Positions 8,436 through 17,908 of a DNA stretch of 64,000 nt are shown in pieces; positions within the stretch are counted from its first letter, which is position 1, and each line of letters begins with the position of its first letter. The stretch lies in the NCBI GenBank assembly GCA_029267335.1, contig JAJUJC010000003.1, forward strand, positions 165,044-229,043, read 5' to 3'. Source of the DNA: Intestinibacillus massiliensis (GTDB taxonomy: Bacteria > Bacillota > Clostridia > Oscillospirales > Butyricicoccaceae). The notes under the pieces were generated by a model. The model saw only the letters and a list, made by a program, of their open reading frames with translations. It was not told the DNA's origin and searched no databases. Both the position numbers and the translations under genes were made by a program.

Positions 8436-9530
8436 ATGGACGAAACATATATGCGCCGTGCACTGGTGTTCGCGGCGCGCGGGGCAGGGCGTGTCAATCC
8501 CAATCCCATGGTCGGCTGCGTCATCGTCAAAGACGGGCGTGTCATCGGGGAGGGGTGGCATGAGGCGTACGGCGGACTGCATGCCGAGCGGCAGGCCCTC
8601 GCGCACTGCACCGAAGACGCGGCGGGTGCAACGCTCTATGTGACGCTTGAGCCGTGCTGCCACTGGGGCAAAACGCCGCCGTGCACGGATGCGATCCTTG
8701 CGCATCAGATTGCCCGTGTTGTCATCGGCTGCATGGACCCGAATCCACTGGTAGCGGGGCAGGGCGCCGCACTGCTGCGACAGCACGGCGTTGCGGTCGA
8801 GAGCGGTCTCTTAGAGACCGAATGCCGCGCACTCAATCGCGTGTTTTTACACTACATCCAAACGCAAACTCCGTTCGTTGTGCTCAAATATGCCATGACG
8901 CTCGATGGTAAGCTCGCAGCGGCATCGGGCGACAGCAAATGGGTGACGGGAACACAGGCGCGACAGCATGTGCACGAAACGCGCAACCGACTCGCGGCGA
9001 TCATGGTCGGCATCGGGACGGTACAGGCAGACGACCCGATGCTCACCTGCCGCATCGAGGGCGGACGCAATCCGCTTCGTATTGTATGCGATAGCCATTT
9101 GCGCATCTCGCCGGACAGCAGCATCGTGCGCACCGCGCGTGAGATCCCGACACTGATCGCCGCGATCGAACACAACGAACGCGCAGCGGCACTGGAAGCG
9201 GCAGGAGTGGAACTGCTTATGTGTGCGCAGCGGGACGGCCACGTCGATCTGCGCGACCTGATGGCAAAGCTCGGTGCGCGCGGTGTGGACAGCGTGCTGC
9301 TTGAGGGCGGCGCAGCACTACACTATGCCGCGCTCGAGGCGGGTATCGTGCAGTCGATACACGCGTACATCGCGCCCAAGCTAATCGGTGGCACGCGTGC
9401 GAAATCGCCGGTAGGCGGCACGGGCATCGCGCGTATGGCGGACGCGATCGCTTTGCAGAACACGCGCCTGACACACTTGGGACAAGATTTTCTGTTGGAA
9501 GGGGAGATCGCATGTTCACCGGAATCGTAG
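8436..9530 (+). CDS. ribD: Bifunctional diaminohydroxyphosphoribosylaminopyrimidine deaminase / 5-amino-6-(5-phosphoribosylamino)uracil reductase
   Basis: ATG 8436 lies 8 nt after GAGGAG. Deaminase Zn motif HAE...PCxxC (TLEPCCHWGKTPPC) and a C-terminal reductase domain. Confidence 0.95.
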   Translation: MDETYMRRALVFAARGAGRVNPNPMVGCVIVKDGRVIGEGWHEAYGGLHAERQALAHCTEDAAGATLYVTLEPCCHWGKTPPCTDAILAHQIARVVIGCMDPNPLVAGQGAALLRQHGVAVESGLLETECRALNRVFLHYIQTQTPFVVLKYAMTLDGKLAAASGDSKWVTGTQARQHVHETRNRLAAIMVGIGTVQADDPMLTCRIEGGRNPLRIVCDSHLRISPDSSIVRTAREIPTLIAAIEHNERAAALEAAGVELLMCAQRDGHVDLRDLMAKLGARGVDSVLLEGGAALHYAALEAGIVQSIHAYIAPKLIGGTRAKSPVGGTGIARMADAIALQNTRLTHLGQDFLLEGEIACSPES

Positions 9531-10156
9531 AGGAGATCGGTCGCGTGACGCGGCTCGAGTCTGGTGCGAAAGGCGCCAGACTGACGCTCGAAGCGGCGCG
9601 TGTGCTCGAAGGGACGGCACTGGGCGACAGCATCGCGGTGAACGGTGTGTGCCTGACGGTGACCGACCTGACCGCACACGGCTTCACCGCAGACGTCATG
9701 GCGGAAACGTTGCGCCGCTCGTCACTCGGCGCGCTGCACGCGGGCGCATCGGTTAATTTGGAGCGTGCAATGGCGGCAAACGGGCGCTTTGGCGGACACA
9801 TCGTATCCGGACACATCGACGGCACGGGCACGCTGACACAGGCGCGGCGCGAGGACAATGCGGTCTGGCTGACGGTCGAGACACCACCTGCGCTGCTGCG
9901 GTATATCATCGAAAAAGGTTCGATCGCGATCGACGGAGTCAGCCTGACGGTCGCCCAGGTCGATGCACACTGCTTTGCGGTCTCAATCATCCCGCACACG
10001 GGCGCGCAAACCACTTTGCTGACCAAGCGGGCGGGCGAACCTGTCAATCTGGAGTGCGATATGATCGGCAAATATGTCGAAAAACTGTTCACCCCGGCAC
10101 AGTCGGAACAAAAACAAGGACTGACGCTCGCATTTTTGAGCGAACACGGATTTTAG
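9512..10156 (+). CDS. ribE: Riboflavin synthase alpha chain
   Basis: MFTGIVEEIG N-terminus and a duplicated lumazine-binding repeat. Confidence 0.95.
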   Translation: MFTGIVEEIGRVTRLESGAKGARLTLEAARVLEGTALGDSIAVNGVCLTVTDLTAHGFTADVMAETLRRSSLGALHAGASVNLERAMAANGRFGGHIVSGHIDGTGTLTQARREDNAVWLTVETPPALLRYIIEKGSIAIDGVSLTVAQVDAHCFAVSIIPHTGAQTTLLTKRAGEPVNLECDMIGKYVEKLFTPAQSEQKQGLTLAFLSEHGF

Positions 10157-10168
10157 GAGGAAATAGAG

Positions 10169-11371
10169 ATGGAAACACAGCTGCACACGGTCGAGCAGGC
10201 GCTGGATGCCCTGCGCGCGGGCAAGAACATCCTGGTCATTGACGATCCCGACCGCGAAAACGAGGGCGATCTCATCTGCGCCGCGCGTTTTGCGACGACG
10301 GAGAACGTCAATTTCATGGCGACGCACGCCAAGGGGCTGATCTGTATGCCGATGTCGGCAGCGCTCGCCGACAGACTGGGCTTGCCGCCTATGGTTGAGG
10401 ACAATACCGACAACCACGAGACCGCCTTCACGGTTTCGATCGACCACAAGGACACGACGACCGGCATTTCTGCCGAGGAACGCGGCTACACCGCACGCAA
10501 GGCGATCGAAGCACAGGCGCAGCCGTCGGATTTCCGCCGTCCGGGCCACATGTTTCCGCTGCGCGCAGTCGAAGGCGGCGTGCTCAAGCGCGCAGGTCAC
10601 ACCGAAGCGACCGTCGACCTGTGTCGGCTCGCCGGCCTGGAGGAATGCGGACTGTGCTGCGAAATCATGCGCGAGGACGGCACGATGATGCGCACGACCG
10701 AGCTGAAAGCGTTTGCGCGCGCACACAATCTGGTCATGATCTCGCTTGCCGACCTGATCGCGTACCGCCGCAGCACGGAATCGCTCATCGAGCGCGTCAC
10801 CTGTGCGGACTTCCCGACGCGTTATGGCAAGTTCAAAATTTACGGCTATGTCAACCGTCTGAACGGTGAGCATCATGTTGCCATGACGATGGGCGATGTC
10901 GCGGACGGCGCGCCGGTGCTTGGACGCGTTCATTCGGAATGCCTGACCGGCGATGCGCTCGGTTCTGCGCGGTGCGACTGCGGTGAGCAGTACGATGCCG
11001 CGATGAAACGCATCGCGCAGGAAGGGCGTGGCGTCATGGTCTATATGCGGCAGGAGGGGCGCGGCATCGGACTCATCAACAAGCTGCGCGCCTATGAACT
11101 GCAAGATCAGGGCATGGATACAGTGGAAGCAAACGTTGCGCTCGGCTTTGCGCCCGATCTGCGTGATTATGGCATCGGCGCACAGATTTTGAGTGACCTC
11201 GGCGTGCACAAGCTGCGGCTGCTCACGAACAATCCGACCAAGGTGGTCGGTCTGAGCGGTTATGGCATCGAAATCGTCGACCGCGTGCCGATCCAGATCG
11301 CGGCAAATCCCTATGACGCGTTTTATCTCAAAACCAAGCAGGCAAAAATGGCGCATATGACCGAATATTGA
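10169..11371 (+). CDS. ribBA: Bifunctional 3,4-dihydroxy-2-butanone-4-phosphate synthase / GTP cyclohydrolase II
   Basis: DRENEGDL and HTEA motifs (DHBP synthase), plus the CxxGD...CDCG Zn site of GTP cyclohydrolase II. Confidence 0.95.
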   Translation: METQLHTVEQALDALRAGKNILVIDDPDRENEGDLICAARFATTENVNFMATHAKGLICMPMSAALADRLGLPPMVEDNTDNHETAFTVSIDHKDTTTGISAEERGYTARKAIEAQAQPSDFRRPGHMFPLRAVEGGVLKRAGHTEATVDLCRLAGLEECGLCCEIMREDGTMMRTTELKAFARAHNLVMISLADLIAYRRSTESLIERVTCADFPTRYGKFKIYGYVNRLNGEHHVAMTMGDVADGAPVLGRVHSECLTGDALGSARCDCGEQYDAAMKRIAQEGRGVMVYMRQEGRGIGLINKLRAYELQDQGMDTVEANVALGFAPDLRDYGIGAQILSDLGVHKLRLLTNNPTKVVGLSGYGIEIVDRVPIQIAANPYDAFYLKTKQAKMAHMTEY

Positions 11372-11393
11372 AACGATACAGGAGGAACAAATT

Positions 11394-11855
11394 ATGAAAA
11401 TTCTCGAAGGTAAGCTGGTAGCAGGCAAGGGCAAATATGCCATCGTTGCGGCGCGTTTTAACGAATTCATCGTATCGAAACTGGTCGGCGGCGCACAGGA
11501 TGCGCTCGTGCGGCACGGCGTGGAGGACGATGACATCGCACTGGCGTGGGTGCCGGGTGCATTTGAGATCCCGCTCGTCGCAAAAAAACTCGCCGCAAGC
11601 GGAAAATATGATGCGGTGCTGTGCTTGGGCGCGGTCATCCGCGGATCGACCTCGCACTATGATTATGTGTGCAGCGAAGTCTCCAAGGGCGTCGCGGCGG
11701 TCGGATTGGAGACCGGCGTGCCTACGATCTTTGGTGTGGTCACGACCGACACGATCGAGCAGGCGATCGAGCGTGCAGGCACCAAGGCGGGTAACAAGGG
11801 CTATGACGCGGCATGCACCGCGATCGAAATGGCAAATCTCCTGCGCGGGCTTTAA
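11394..11855 (+). CDS. ribH: 6,7-dimethyl-8-ribityllumazine synthase
   Basis: 153 aa with ARFNEFI...VPGAFEIP...GVVTT motifs. Confidence 0.95.
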   Translation: MKILEGKLVAGKGKYAIVAARFNEFIVSKLVGGAQDALVRHGVEDDDIALAWVPGAFEIPLVAKKLAASGKYDAVLCLGAVIRGSTSHYDYVCSEVSKGVAAVGLETGVPTIFGVVTTDTIEQAIERAGTKAGNKGYDAACTAIEMANLLRGL

Positions 11856-11861
11856 AGAGCA

Positions 11862-11895
11862 GATACGGGCGGCATGGCATTGTGCCGCCCGTATC
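11862..11895 (+). terminator. Strong hairpin after ribH (no clear U-tract)
   Basis: 13-bp stem GATACGGGCGGCA/TGCCGCCCGTATC immediately after the ribH stop. Confidence 0.45.
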
Positions 11896-12090
11896 CGTAA
11901 ATGAGTTTGACGCAGCCATGGCATGACAACAAAGGAGGATTCCGGAAAAACCGGAAGCGCATCGTCATTGCGCTGGCGGTGTGGCTGGTCGTCATGCTCC
12001 GTTGGTTTACGGACGCTGTGGGATAACCCCGGCGTGCCGTCCTGCGCGCGATGTCACCGGTTGCGTGCGTGCGAAAAGTCCACATAATAG

Positions 12091-12135
12091 AAAACTCCCG
12101 CTCGTTCGCAGTGTGCGTTCGAGCGGGAGCTTTTT
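12091..12135. terminator. Bidirectional terminator hairpin downstream of the helicase gene
   Basis: CTCCCGCTCG...CGAGCGGGAG stem flanked by AAAA on one side and TTTTT on the other. Confidence 0.75.
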
Positions 12136-12137
12136 AT

Positions 12138-13880
12138 TTAGCGGTGTTCGTTTTTGCGGGTGACGGGGACGCGGCGCGTGCGGCGATCAAAGCCGTCGCG
12201 GTGGTCACGGTTGTCGCGATACGGCGCACCTGCCGGACGCGCGCCCGGTGTGCGGTTTTCATATACGCGGACATCGGCGCGCGTGCCGTTGATCTTCTGT
12301 CCGCCGACGTTCTGGATGACCTCCTGCTTGACCGGTGCGGGAACCTCGACCAGACTGTAATCGCCATAGCAATAGATCTTGCCGATCTGCTTACCCGACA
12401 GACTGGTCAGCTCGGTGATCGCGCCGACAAGCTGGTTGGGTGCGACACGGTGGTTGCGGCCGACCGAGAAGCGCAGGCGCACCATGCCTTCCGGCACGTC
12501 GCCGAGCGGGGTCTTCTGGACGGGCTTGGGCGCGGCGAGCACAGGGACATCCTTCATTTCGTAGTCCATGAGCAGATCGAGCAACACACCGGAAAGCTGT
12601 GCCGCATCGAAGCCTTCACCGAGCAGCTTCTCGACCGTGGGGGACAGCGCGACCGGCGTTTCGGTCTCCTGCGCCTTTGCGGTCTGGTCACACAGCTTGG
12701 TGCGGATATTCATGAGCAGCTCATTGACGCGGCGTTCGCGGATGTCCTGCGCGCGCGGCATCGCCTTCTGCTCGATCTTCGCCTTGGTATAGCGCGCGAT
12801 GTCGCGGATCTGGAATACCTGACGGCGTCCGCCTGCGAGCGTATAGGATACGCCGGAGCGGCCCGCGCGACCGGTACGACCGATGCGGTGAATATAATAT
12901 TCATAATCCTGCGGAATGTCGTAGTTATAGACCGCGTCCACATCGTCCACGTCGATGCCGCGTGCGGCGACGTCGGTCGCGATCAGGATGGGGGTGCGGC
13001 CAGACTTGAAGCTGTTCATGACGCCGGTGCGCGCCTCCTGCTTCATGTCGCCGTGCAGCGCAGCGGCGTTAAAGCCGTGCTCACCGAGATAGCGGGTGAG
13101 TTCGTCGACCATTTTCTTCGTATTGCAGAAAATGATGGACAGCTTGGGGCGATGCGTGTGCAGCAGCAGCGCGAGCGCGTCCATCTTCGCGCCCATCGGC
13201 ACTTCATAATAATACTGCTCAACGGTGTCGATCGTGCGCTCGGTGTTGTCGCCCGCCTGAATGATGACAGGATCGTGCTGATACTGACCGGTGATCTCCA
13301 TGATCGCGGGGGGCATGGTCGCAGAGAACAGCACGGTCTGGCGCTGGGCGGGAACCTGTGCGAGAATGGTCTCGATGTCCTCGCGGAAGCCCATGTTGAG
13401 CATCTCGTCTGCCTCGTCGAGTACGATCATCTTCAGATTTTCAAGGCGCAGGGTCTTGCGGGCGATGTGATCCATGACACGGCCGGGCGTGCCGATGACG
13501 ATCGCCGCGCCACGGCGCAGCTGCGGGATTTGGTTCGTGATGGGTTCGCCGCCATAGACCGCGACCGTGCGCACACCATCAGCGTAGCGGGCGAGCTTGC
13601 GCATTTCGCCCTCCGCCTGCTGTGCAAGCTCGCGGGTGGGGCACAGGATGAGCACCTGCGTGCCCTGTCCCTGTTCGATGCACTCAACTGCGGGGATGCC
13701 GAATGCCATGGTTTTGCCGGTGCCGGTGTGGCTCTTGCCGATGACGTCGCGACCCTCGCGCAGTACGGGGATCGCCTTGGACTGGATCTCAGTCGGGGCT
13801 TCAAAGCCCATATCGGTCAGCGCGCGCAGCACAGGCTCGGAAAGATTCAGCTCGGAAAAAGTGGTTTCGCTCAAACTCAA
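12138..13880 (-). CDS. DEAD-box ATP-dependent RNA helicase with DbpA-type C-terminal RNA-binding domain and Arg-rich tail
   Basis: Q motif, GTGKT, DEAD, SAT and HRIGRTGRAG motifs. TTG start lies 9 nt after GGAGG. Confidence 0.93.
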   Translation of the reverse strand: MSLSETTFSELNLSEPVLRALTDMGFEAPTEIQSKAIPVLREGRDVIGKSHTGTGKTMAFGIPAVECIEQGQGTQVLILCPTRELAQQAEGEMRKLARYADGVRTVAVYGGEPITNQIPQLRRGAAIVIGTPGRVMDHIARKTLRLENLKMIVLDEADEMLNMGFREDIETILAQVPAQRQTVLFSATMPPAIMEITGQYQHDPVIIQAGDNTERTIDTVEQYYYEVPMGAKMDALALLLHTHRPKLSIIFCNTKKMVDELTRYLGEHGFNAAALHGDMKQEARTGVMNSFKSGRTPILIATDVAARGIDVDDVDAVYNYDIPQDYEYYIHRIGRTGRAGRSGVSYTLAGGRRQVFQIRDIARYTKAKIEQKAMPRAQDIRERRVNELLMNIRTKLCDQTAKAQETETPVALSPTVEKLLGEGFDAAQLSGVLLDLLMDYEMKDVPVLAAPKPVQKTPLGDVPEGMVRLRFSVGRNHRVAPNQLVGAITELTSLSGKQIGKIYCYGDYSLVEVPAPVKQEVIQNVGGQKINGTRADVRVYENRTPGARPAGAPYRDNRDHRDGFDRRTRRVPVTRKNEHR

Positions 13881-13928
13881 AATAAATAGCCTCCAATTAG
13901 CTTAAACATGAACGTTGAAAACAAAAAA

Positions 13929-13958
13929 GGTGGGGATACGATGATCCCCACGCTTTTT
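13929..13958. terminator. Bidirectional hairpin downstream of fabD
   Basis: GTGGGGAT/ATCCCCAC stem flanked by an A-run and a T-run. Confidence 0.6.
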
Positions 13959-14027
13959 TGTTCTGTTAGACAAAATAAAGCACTTTAAATTATAACCCGA
14001 GTACGATTAAAAGTCAACCGAAACTGC

Positions 14028-14942
14028 TTATTGCGCTGCAGAAAGTACGTTTTCCATAGTTTCTACCGCGGTTACGGCGAGTTCTTTGGAGATTTTGCGT
14101 GCGAAACCGGTCAGGGTCTTGCCGGGGCCGATCTCACAGCCCGTGGTCAGCCCTGCCGCGACGCCGTTTTCGACGAGCGTCTTCCAGCGGACCGGGGAGA
14201 TCATATGCTGCTCCAGATGTGCGGGCAGATGCTCGATCGAGAGGGGCTGTCCGTCCAGATTAGAGTAGACCGGCATGGTGGGTGCAGAGAACGAGAAGCG
14301 CTCGATGAATGCGCGCAGTTCCGCCGCCGCGTCCTTGAGGAGCGGGGTGTGGAACGCGCCGCTCACCGCGAGCGGGACGGCGCGGCGCGCGCCCGCCGCC
14401 TTGCAGTTTTCGATCGCGCGTTCGAGCGCTGCGCGCTCGCCCGCAATGACGAGCTGTCCCGGGCAGTTATAGTTGACCGGCAGTACCAGACCGTCGACCG
14501 CCGCGCACGCGCGTTCGACGACCTCATCCTCCAGACCGAGGATCGCCGCCATGCCGCCCTCGATGGTGTCCGCCGCGTGCTGCATAAGCTGCCCGCGCTT
14601 GCGTACAATCTTCGCGCCGTCCTCGAGCGAAACGATGCCCGCCGCTGCGAGCGCAGTGTACTCGCCCAGAGAGAAGCCTGCGCACGCACGGAACGACACG
14701 CCTGCTTCCTGCAGCGCTGCGTAAGCCGCCATCGAGTGCGTGAAGATCGCAAGCTGCGAGTGCTCCGTGCGTGAAAGGGTGGCGGCGTCGGTCTCGAAGC
14801 AAAGCTTGGCAACGTCGACACCGGTCACGTCGCTCACGCGACCGAATACCGCGCGCGCCGCGTCGCTGCCCTCAAAGAGGGACTGCCCCATCCCCGGTCC
14901 CTGCGCGCCCTGACCGGGGAAAAATGCAAATCCGTACGTCAT
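14028..14942 (-). CDS. fabD: Malonyl-CoA:ACP transacylase
   Basis: FPGQGAQ and GFSLGEY (active-site Ser) motifs. ATG 14942 follows GGAGG. The track start at 14978 adds 12 unsupported codons. Confidence 0.95.
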   Translation of the reverse strand: MTYGFAFFPGQGAQGPGMGQSLFEGSDAARAVFGRVSDVTGVDVAKLCFETDAATLSRTEHSQLAIFTHSMAAYAALQEAGVSFRACAGFSLGEYTALAAAGIVSLEDGAKIVRKRGQLMQHAADTIEGGMAAILGLEDEVVERACAAVDGLVLPVNYNCPGQLVIAGERAALERAIENCKAAGARRAVPLAVSGAFHTPLLKDAAAELRAFIERFSFSAPTMPVYSNLDGQPLSIEHLPAHLEQHMISPVRWKTLVENGVAAGLTTGCEIGPGKTLTGFARKISKELAVTAVETMENVLSAAQ

Positions 14943-15007
14943 TTGAAAAACCTCCAATGTGTTGTGACTTCCCGGCAAAACAGTGGCACATTCCCGCCGC
15001 CGACCGA

Positions 15008-15036
15008 GGAAACAGTTGACAATTCAGACTGTTTCC
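15008..15036. promoter_or_regulatory. Inverted repeat GGAAACAGT-N11-ACTGTTTCC (candidate operator)
   Basis: 9-bp perfect arms covering the -35 and spacer of the fabH-side promoter and the predicted start region of the fabD-side promoter. Confidence 0.35.
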
Positions 15037-15044
15037 ATTATAAT
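15016..15044 (+). promoter_or_regulatory. Consensus sigma-A promoter TTGACA-N17-TATAAT driving the fabH operon
   Basis: Perfect hexamers at 15016-15021 and 15039-15044. Confidence 0.75.
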
Positions 15045-15065
15045 AAATCCGTATTACTTTGTCAA
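15037..15065 (-). promoter_or_regulatory. Consensus sigma-A promoter TTGACA-N17-TATAAT driving fabD
   Basis: On the minus strand, perfect hexamers at 15065-15060 and 15042-15037. The -10 overlaps the plus-strand -10 within ATTATAAT. Confidence 0.7.
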
Positions 15066-15162
15066 TCAAACTATTGTGTGACAGAGGTCGACAAAAAGTG
15101 TGAAATAAACTCTCTTTTTACGTCGAAATAGTGTAATTTTCAGACCATAACGCGAGAGGAGC

Positions 15163-16155
15163 GTGGTTCCTATCAAGAGCCTGCTGATCGGCACGGGAAG
15201 CTATGTGCCGGATTTTGTATTGACCAACCAAATGCTGGAGGAGCTTGTGGATACGAATGACGAATGGATCGTCAAGCGCACAGGCATCCGTGAGCGCCGC
15301 ATTGCCAAGGGCATGCACACCTGGGAGCTTGGCGTCGAGGCAGGGCGCCGCGCAATCGAGGACGCGGGCGTCGCACCCGAGGAGATCGACTATATCATTC
15401 TGAGCACCTGCACGCCGGACACCCTGTCTCCGACGATGTCCGCGATCGTACAGGACAAGCTCGGGCTGAAAAATGCCGCGGCGGTCGATATTAATGCGTG
15501 CTGCACAGGCTTTTGCTATGCTTCTGACATGGCGGACAGCTTCATCAAAGCGGGCAAGGCAAAAACCGTGCTGGTGATCTCGGCAGAAACGCTCCACCAT
15601 ATCACGGACTACACCGACCGCGGCACCTGCGTGCTGTTTGGCGACGGTGCGGGCGCGGCGGTGTATCGTGCGGTCGAGGACGGCGAGCGCGGCATCATTT
15701 CGAGCTTCATGGCGGCGGACGGCAGCGGCGCGGACTACTTATATATGGAGGCGCTCCCGCTCGAGGAGGACCCGCTGCATAGCGACCGCACCTATTCTGA
15801 GAAGAACCGCTTCCTCAAGATGAACGGCAGCGCCGTCGTACGTTTCACGGCGGCGGAAGTCCCGCGTGCGATCGACGAGGCGCTGCGCCGCGCGAACATC
15901 ACACCCGATCAGGTCGACTGGGTTGTGCCGCATCAGGCAAATCTGCGCATTCTCGACGTCATTTCCAAGCGTTTTTCCATTCCCAAAGAGAAGATTTACG
16001 TCAATATCGACCGCTTTGGCAATACGTCGTCCGCAAGCATCCCGCTGTGTCTCGATGAGATGCACAAAAACGGGCTGCTCAAAGAGGGACAGCTTATCGT
16101 GTGCACCGGCTTTGGCGGTGGTTTGACCTACGGCGCGTTCGTTCTGCGCGTGTAA
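15163..16155 (+). CDS. fabH: 3-oxoacyl-ACP synthase III
   Basis: GTG start after GAGAGGAG. KAS III fold motifs including the C-terminal GFGGGLTYGA. Confidence 0.95.
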   Translation: MVPIKSLLIGTGSYVPDFVLTNQMLEELVDTNDEWIVKRTGIRERRIAKGMHTWELGVEAGRRAIEDAGVAPEEIDYIILSTCTPDTLSPTMSAIVQDKLGLKNAAAVDINACCTGFCYASDMADSFIKAGKAKTVLVISAETLHHITDYTDRGTCVLFGDGAGAAVYRAVEDGERGIISSFMAADGSGADYLYMEALPLEEDPLHSDRTYSEKNRFLKMNGSAVVRFTAAEVPRAIDEALRRANITPDQVDWVVPHQANLRILDVISKRFSIPKEKIYVNIDRFGNTSSASIPLCLDEMHKNGLLKEGQLIVCTGFGGGLTYGAFVLRV

Positions 16156-16171
16156 ACGGGAGGAAAGCAAC

Positions 16172-17119
16172 ATGAAAACCAGAATTACGGAGTTACTCGG
16201 CATCGAATATCCGATCATTCAGGGCGCAATGGCGTGGATCGCGGAGCACCACCTCGCGGCGGCAGTATCGCAAGCGGGTGGTCTTGGCATTATCGCAGGC
16301 GGCGCGGCACCGGTGGAGGTCATCCGCGAGGAGATCCACAAGGCGCGAGCGCTGACCGACAAACCGCTCGGACTCAATATCATGCTGCTGTCGCCCAATG
16401 CCGACGATCTCGCGCAGCTTGCGATTGATGAGCATATCGAGGTCGTAACGACCGGCGCGGGCAATCCGGGCAAATATATGGCGGCGTGGAAACAGGCGGG
16501 CATCAAGGTGCTGCCGGTCGTCGCATCGGTCGCGCTGGCAAAGCGCATGGAGCGTGCGGGCGCGGACGCGGTCATCGCGGAGGGCATGGAAGGCGGCGGG
16601 CACATCGGCGAGAGTACGACAATGGCGCTGCTGCCGCAGGTCGTGGACGCGGTCTCGGTACCGGTCGTCGCGGCGGGCGGCATCGCGGACGGAAGAGGCA
16701 TGGCGGCGGCGCTGCTCATGGGCGCGGAAGGCGTACAGTGCGGCACGGTGTTCCTTGCGACGAACGAGTGCCAGATTTCGGACAAATATAAGGAACTGGT
16801 GCTCAAGGCGAGCGATATTTCGACCGTGGTCACAGGTCGTCCCTCGGGGCATCCGGTGCGTGCGCTCAAAACCCCGCTGACACGCAAGTGCCTCGAACTC
16901 GAGCGTGTGCCGAGCGACCAGACCCTCGAAGAGCTGGAGGCGGCCACTGCAGGCTCGCTGCGCAAGGCGGTGCAGGACGGCAACTACGAAGAGGGCACGT
17001 TCATGTCCGGACAGATCGCAGGCATGCTGACCGAGCTGCGCTCGTGCGAGGATGTGCTGCACACAATGACGGAAAGCGCGGAAACGCTGCTCAAAACGGC
17101 GTTTGACCGCTTCCGATAA
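16172..17119 (+). CDS. fabK: Enoyl-ACP reductase II (FMN-dependent, FabK type)
   Basis: N-terminus MKTRITELLGIEYPIIQGAMAWI and the EGMEGGGHIG motif closely follow my recollection of streptococcal FabK. Confidence 0.9.
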   Translation: MKTRITELLGIEYPIIQGAMAWIAEHHLAAAVSQAGGLGIIAGGAAPVEVIREEIHKARALTDKPLGLNIMLLSPNADDLAQLAIDEHIEVVTTGAGNPGKYMAAWKQAGIKVLPVVASVALAKRMERAGADAVIAEGMEGGGHIGESTTMALLPQVVDAVSVPVVAAGGIADGRGMAAALLMGAEGVQCGTVFLATNECQISDKYKELVLKASDISTVVTGRPSGHPVRALKTPLTRKCLELERVPSDQTLEELEAATAGSLRKAVQDGNYEEGTFMSGQIAGMLTELRSCEDVLHTMTESAETLLKTAFDRFR

Positions 17120-17130
17120 GGAGATATACG

Positions 17131-17862
17131 ATGGGTATTGCAGTGATTACGGGCGCATCGCGTGGCATCGGAGCGGCGATTGCCCGCAAACTCGCACACG
17201 AGGGACATGATGTGGTCATCAACTGCGCATCGAACGTTGACAAGGCAGAGGTCGTCGCACAGGAGTGCCGCGCCCTCGGCGTGCGTGCGGTGGCAAAAGC
17301 GTGGGACGTTGCCGATCACGCGGCGTGCGATGCCGCACTCAAGGAAATCAAGGCGGAGTTCGGCGTACCGACTATTCTGGTCAACAACGCGGGCATCACC
17401 AAGGACGGTCTGCTCGTACGCATGAGCGAAGCGCAGTTTGACGACGTCATTCGCATCAACCTCAAGGGCACGTTCAATATGACCGCGCTGTGCGGTGCGA
17501 TGATGATGCGTGCCAAAACCGGCACGATCATCAACCTGTCCTCGATCGTCGGCGTGACCGGCAACGCGGGGCAGGTCAACTATGCCGCGTCCAAGGCGGG
17601 CGTCATTGGTCTGACCAAGTCCGCCGCAAAGGAGCTTGGCGCACGCGGGATCCGCGTCAATGCAATCGCACCGGGCTACATCGAGAGCGACATGACCGAT
17701 GTCCTGCCGGACGAAGTCAAGGCTGCGATGCTGAACCAGATCACGCTCAAGCGTGCGGGCAAGCCCGAGGATATTGCAAATGTTGCCGCGTTCCTCGCAT
17801 CGGACGCCGCGGCTTATATCACCGGTCAGGTGCTCGTCGTCGACGGCGGCATGGGCGCCTGA
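17131..17862 (+). CDS. fabG: 3-oxoacyl-ACP reductase
   Basis: SDR motifs GASRGIG, NNAG and YAASKAG. Confidence 0.95.
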   Translation: MGIAVITGASRGIGAAIARKLAHEGHDVVINCASNVDKAEVVAQECRALGVRAVAKAWDVADHAACDAALKEIKAEFGVPTILVNNAGITKDGLLVRMSEAQFDDVIRINLKGTFNMTALCGAMMMRAKTGTIINLSSIVGVTGNAGQVNYAASKAGVIGLTKSAAKELGARGIRVNAIAPGYIESDMTDVLPDEVKAAMLNQITLKRAGKPEDIANVAAFLASDAAAYITGQVLVVDGGMGA

Positions 17863-17908
17863 GTTCCGGCTTTCTTTTGTGAATGTAAAAATAGGGAGGA
17901 TACACAAG

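Noticed and set aside
9983-11638. 551-aa ORF antisense to ribE, ribBA and ribH.
   Set aside because: It is a shadow ORF crossing three well-supported rib genes.
11901-12026. 41-aa ORF MSLTQPWHDNKGGFRKNRKRIVIALAVWLVVMLRWFTDAVG, with a basic N-terminus and one TM helix, in the 280-nt gap after ribH.
   Set aside because: It looks like a plausible small membrane protein. However, the ATG directly abuts the ribH hairpin with no SD, and the nearby AAAGGAGGA (11931-11939) has no start codon within reach. It is not supportable without conservation or Ribo-seq data.
12051-13889. 612-aa plus-strand ORF mirroring the DEAD-box helicase gene.
   Set aside because: The minus-strand product has all the helicase motifs (GTGKT, DEAD, SAT, HRIGRTGRAG). 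The plus-strand product has none, and it starts inside the terminator region.
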